From the human T2T-CHM13v2.0 reference genome, Homo sapiens: a DNA stretch of 64,000 nt. The notes below the pieces were generated by a model. That model was not told the origin of the DNA. It saw only the letters and a program-made list of their open reading frames with translations, and did no database searches. Below are positions 61,356-64,000 of the stretch, in pieces. The stretch is from the NCBI RefSeq assembly GCF_009914755.1, contig NC_060947.1. The stretch is one strand, 5' to 3'. The position numbers were made by a program, and so were the translations under genes. Within the stretch, counting starts at the first letter, position 1. The number at the start of each line of letters is the position of its first letter.

Positions 61356-62049
61356 TACCCATACTCCAAGTCCCTAAATGACATTTCCTCCTGGTAGCCT
61401 CCAACTGTATCAGGTAATTTCCTTTCCTTGCAATGAATCCCAGTTTTTCACTTCTAATTCACTGCTATCATTTAGTTACAGTCTTTCTAGCTTCAGCCAG
61501 GCTTGCTCTGACTCAGACTTTCTGAGTAGACCCCATAGTTCACTGAGAACAGGGATTAAGGCTTACCCATTACAACTTACTCTGCAGGAACAAGCATATT
61601 TCAGGGACTTTAGGCATTTGGCATGTGGATAATGGGTGCACAGGCCCCCATCCTGAGGGAAAAAGTCAATTCAGTCCCCATTCATGTTCAGACTTGGAAG
61701 TCAGCCATGTCCAAGCACAAAGAGATGACTGTAATACCTGCTGGAAAAAGCATATATTTAGGCAACTACTCCTGATATGACTGTGATTAGTGATAAAGGC
61801 AAGGAGCAGGCCAGGCAAAGAGGAAATCCAATTCTTATGTTGGACCATTGGGGAGTGATATTTGGCATGGACACTAAAAGACAAGAAGATAAAAGGAGGT
61901 CACAGCAGGCAGGGGCCAGCATGAACAAAGGTGGAGAAGCATGGCTGGGGAAAAGCTATTATTCTGGTGCAGTTGGAGTAGAAACATGAAGGGAAAGACG
62001 GTGCCAGATGGAGAGAGGAAAGAGAAATTGATTGAGAAAGGTCTGAGTT

Positions 62050-62850
62050 CATCCTCTTTCCTCTTGGCTCTCTGTAGTGTATTTTTTATTCACTTGAGTG
62101 GCACTGCCAGATAGCCTGCCCCAAACTAGACACCATGCATCTGCATAGCCTTCTCCCTTTGTCTCCTTCCTGATATCCAGTTGATGATGGCAGGCCATTG
62201 GTTCCACCTTCTAAGTGTCTGAATCTTGCTCCTCTTTTCTACCCCATGATGATAGGCCAAGTTGGAGCTTTTCTACTGAAAAAAATAAGGGCCATCTTCC
62301 ATTGCCACCATTCTCATCTATTCATTGACCCCTACAATAGACTTCTAATGGTCTCACAGCCTCCAGTTCATTTGTATCCAACTCACCATTCATTCCTTCA
62401 CCTCATTGCATACAGAAGGCTCCTCAAAAGGCAAACTAATCATGTCACTGCCTCCTACTTAAAACTTTCCATGAGTAACCAAATCCTTCAGAATAAAATC
62501 TATGCTCTTGACTTGACATATGTATCTCTTTATGACCTGGTCTCTGGTAGCTTCTCCACCCTCATGGCTACCTCTTCCTCACCCCCATTGTCCACACTAG
62601 AGCAATTGCAGTTCCCTAAGATCAAAGAACTTTCCTCTCCTCCAGACTGAACTTTTGTCAGACTTCCCCCTCCCCACCTGCATTTGCTAACTAAGTCTTC
62701 CTTAGCATCTGGATCTCAACCTTTTCTGTCAACCCCTCACTAGGTTGGCCAGGTGAGGCACCCTGCTCTGTGCTCCTATGTAGAGCACTTATCATCCTGC
62801 ATTAGAACTTTCTGATTACCTACTTGTCTCCTTCATGATGCCCAGAGCTT
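62050..62850 (+). mobile_element. L2 remnant
   Basis: CTAATCATGTCACTGCCTCCTACTTAAAACTTTCCATG and AGAATAAAATC...TTTATGACCTGG are typical L2 3' motifs. Confidence 0.65.
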
Positions 62851-63962
62851 CAGGGGGGCAGAGTCTTGCAGAAGGGTCTAAGGGGTGGGTTGTATGTGTG
62901 TGTGTGGTGGGTTATGTGTTTGGGTATTTGAATAAGAGAGTGAATAAATGGACTTGCTTACTAAGAAATTTGAACTTGACAATAAGGAGGGTAACTGGAT
63001 TATCTAAATTACTTCCACAAGTAATAGTGAACTTTAAGAGAGGAGAGCATCCTTGGAGAGGCTAGGCAAGTATGGAAGGAGCAATCGTGGGATATGTATC
63101 TATGAAGCTCTTTCATTGTGCCTAGTTCTGGGTTAGGTTCAGGGGATAATATAGTGGAAATGGATGGAACTCTTGCCCCAAGAATATTATGTGAGGAACA
63201 AGACATTTTTGGGACAGATCTTGACACCAGCCAACATTGCTTAACAATGATTTGTGGCAATCACTATTCTTGGGACTTGACATAAACTACATCCTTGAAT
63301 GCTCATGACCCCTCTATGAGATGATACCACTGTTATTGCAGTCCTGCAGGTGATGACACTGTGGCATTGAGGAATTAACTATTACCTCAAGATCAAGTAG
63401 CTAATATGTGGTAAAGCTGAGATTCAAAGAATGGTCACATGACTCATGAGCTAAGGCCTAAAATGCCAACAAGGGGTCAATGCACATGGCACTGGGAAAA
63501 GGAAGGGCACCGTGGCCTAGAGCTGTCCTGGAAGTCACTCTGCAGATAGTCTCCCTCTCCATCCTGCCACTGTGGACACCTCACGCTGCAGTCAAACTGG
63601 ACTGCAGACAACTTCATATCTCTAGGCCTTTACACTTGCTGTTCCAATTGCCTGAGTGGTCCTTTCCTTCCTTCCACCCATATTTTATCAGACCAAACTC
63701 TGTTACTTCTGAAATTGTATTGTTTCTCACATGATCCTCCTCTGGATGAGTTAGCAAGCCCCTGCTCTGTGCCCTAATTCTCAGTAACCTTGAAGAAAAC
63801 AAGGGCAGGGAGGCTTATCAACTTACAAAGTCCACACAGTAAGCAAATGGTTAGCCTGGGATTTGAACCAAATTGTTCAACACCAAAATTATTTTATCTA
63901 AATCAGAGAGGGCATATGTTTGGCATAGGGACCTACACTTATTGCTGAGAGTTTATGACATT

Positions 63963-64000
63963 TGTGTTGGCTAACTTTATGTGCCAACTAAGCTGGACCA
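63963..64000 (+). mobile_element. Start of an MLT2-like LTR
   Basis: TGTGTTGGCTAACTTTATGTGCCAACTAAGCTGGACCA resembles the MLT2 5' end; only 38 nt are visible. Confidence 0.45.

Overview
Primate genomic DNA, most likely human because an AluYa5 with all five diagnostic positions is present. The window is dominated by retrotransposons. The only host gene is a spliced PAGE2/PAGE2B/PAGE5-like cancer-testis (GAGE/PAGE family) gene on the + strand at about 13.2-21.9 kb, which by family knowledge points to the X-linked PAGE cluster. It keeps its promoter motifs and GT-AG splice sites and has a frameshift-free 111-codon frame, broken by one TAA at codon 18. A ~4.6 kb tandem duplication gives it two alternative last exons, and only the distal one has AATAAA. 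Upstream is a MER41-type ERV interrupted by an internally deleted L1PA4-like element. Downstream are nested minus-strand L1s, Alus, MIR/L2/MLT/MER5 remnants and a few unique stretches. The most unusual signal is that three independently inserted L1s, each with its own TSD, share the same non-consensus ORF2 substitutions, including loss of the last CCHC cysteine. This suggests local gene conversion between neighbouring L1s. Repeat subfamily names and consensus comparisons come from recall, not database searches, and ancient-repeat boundaries are approximate.
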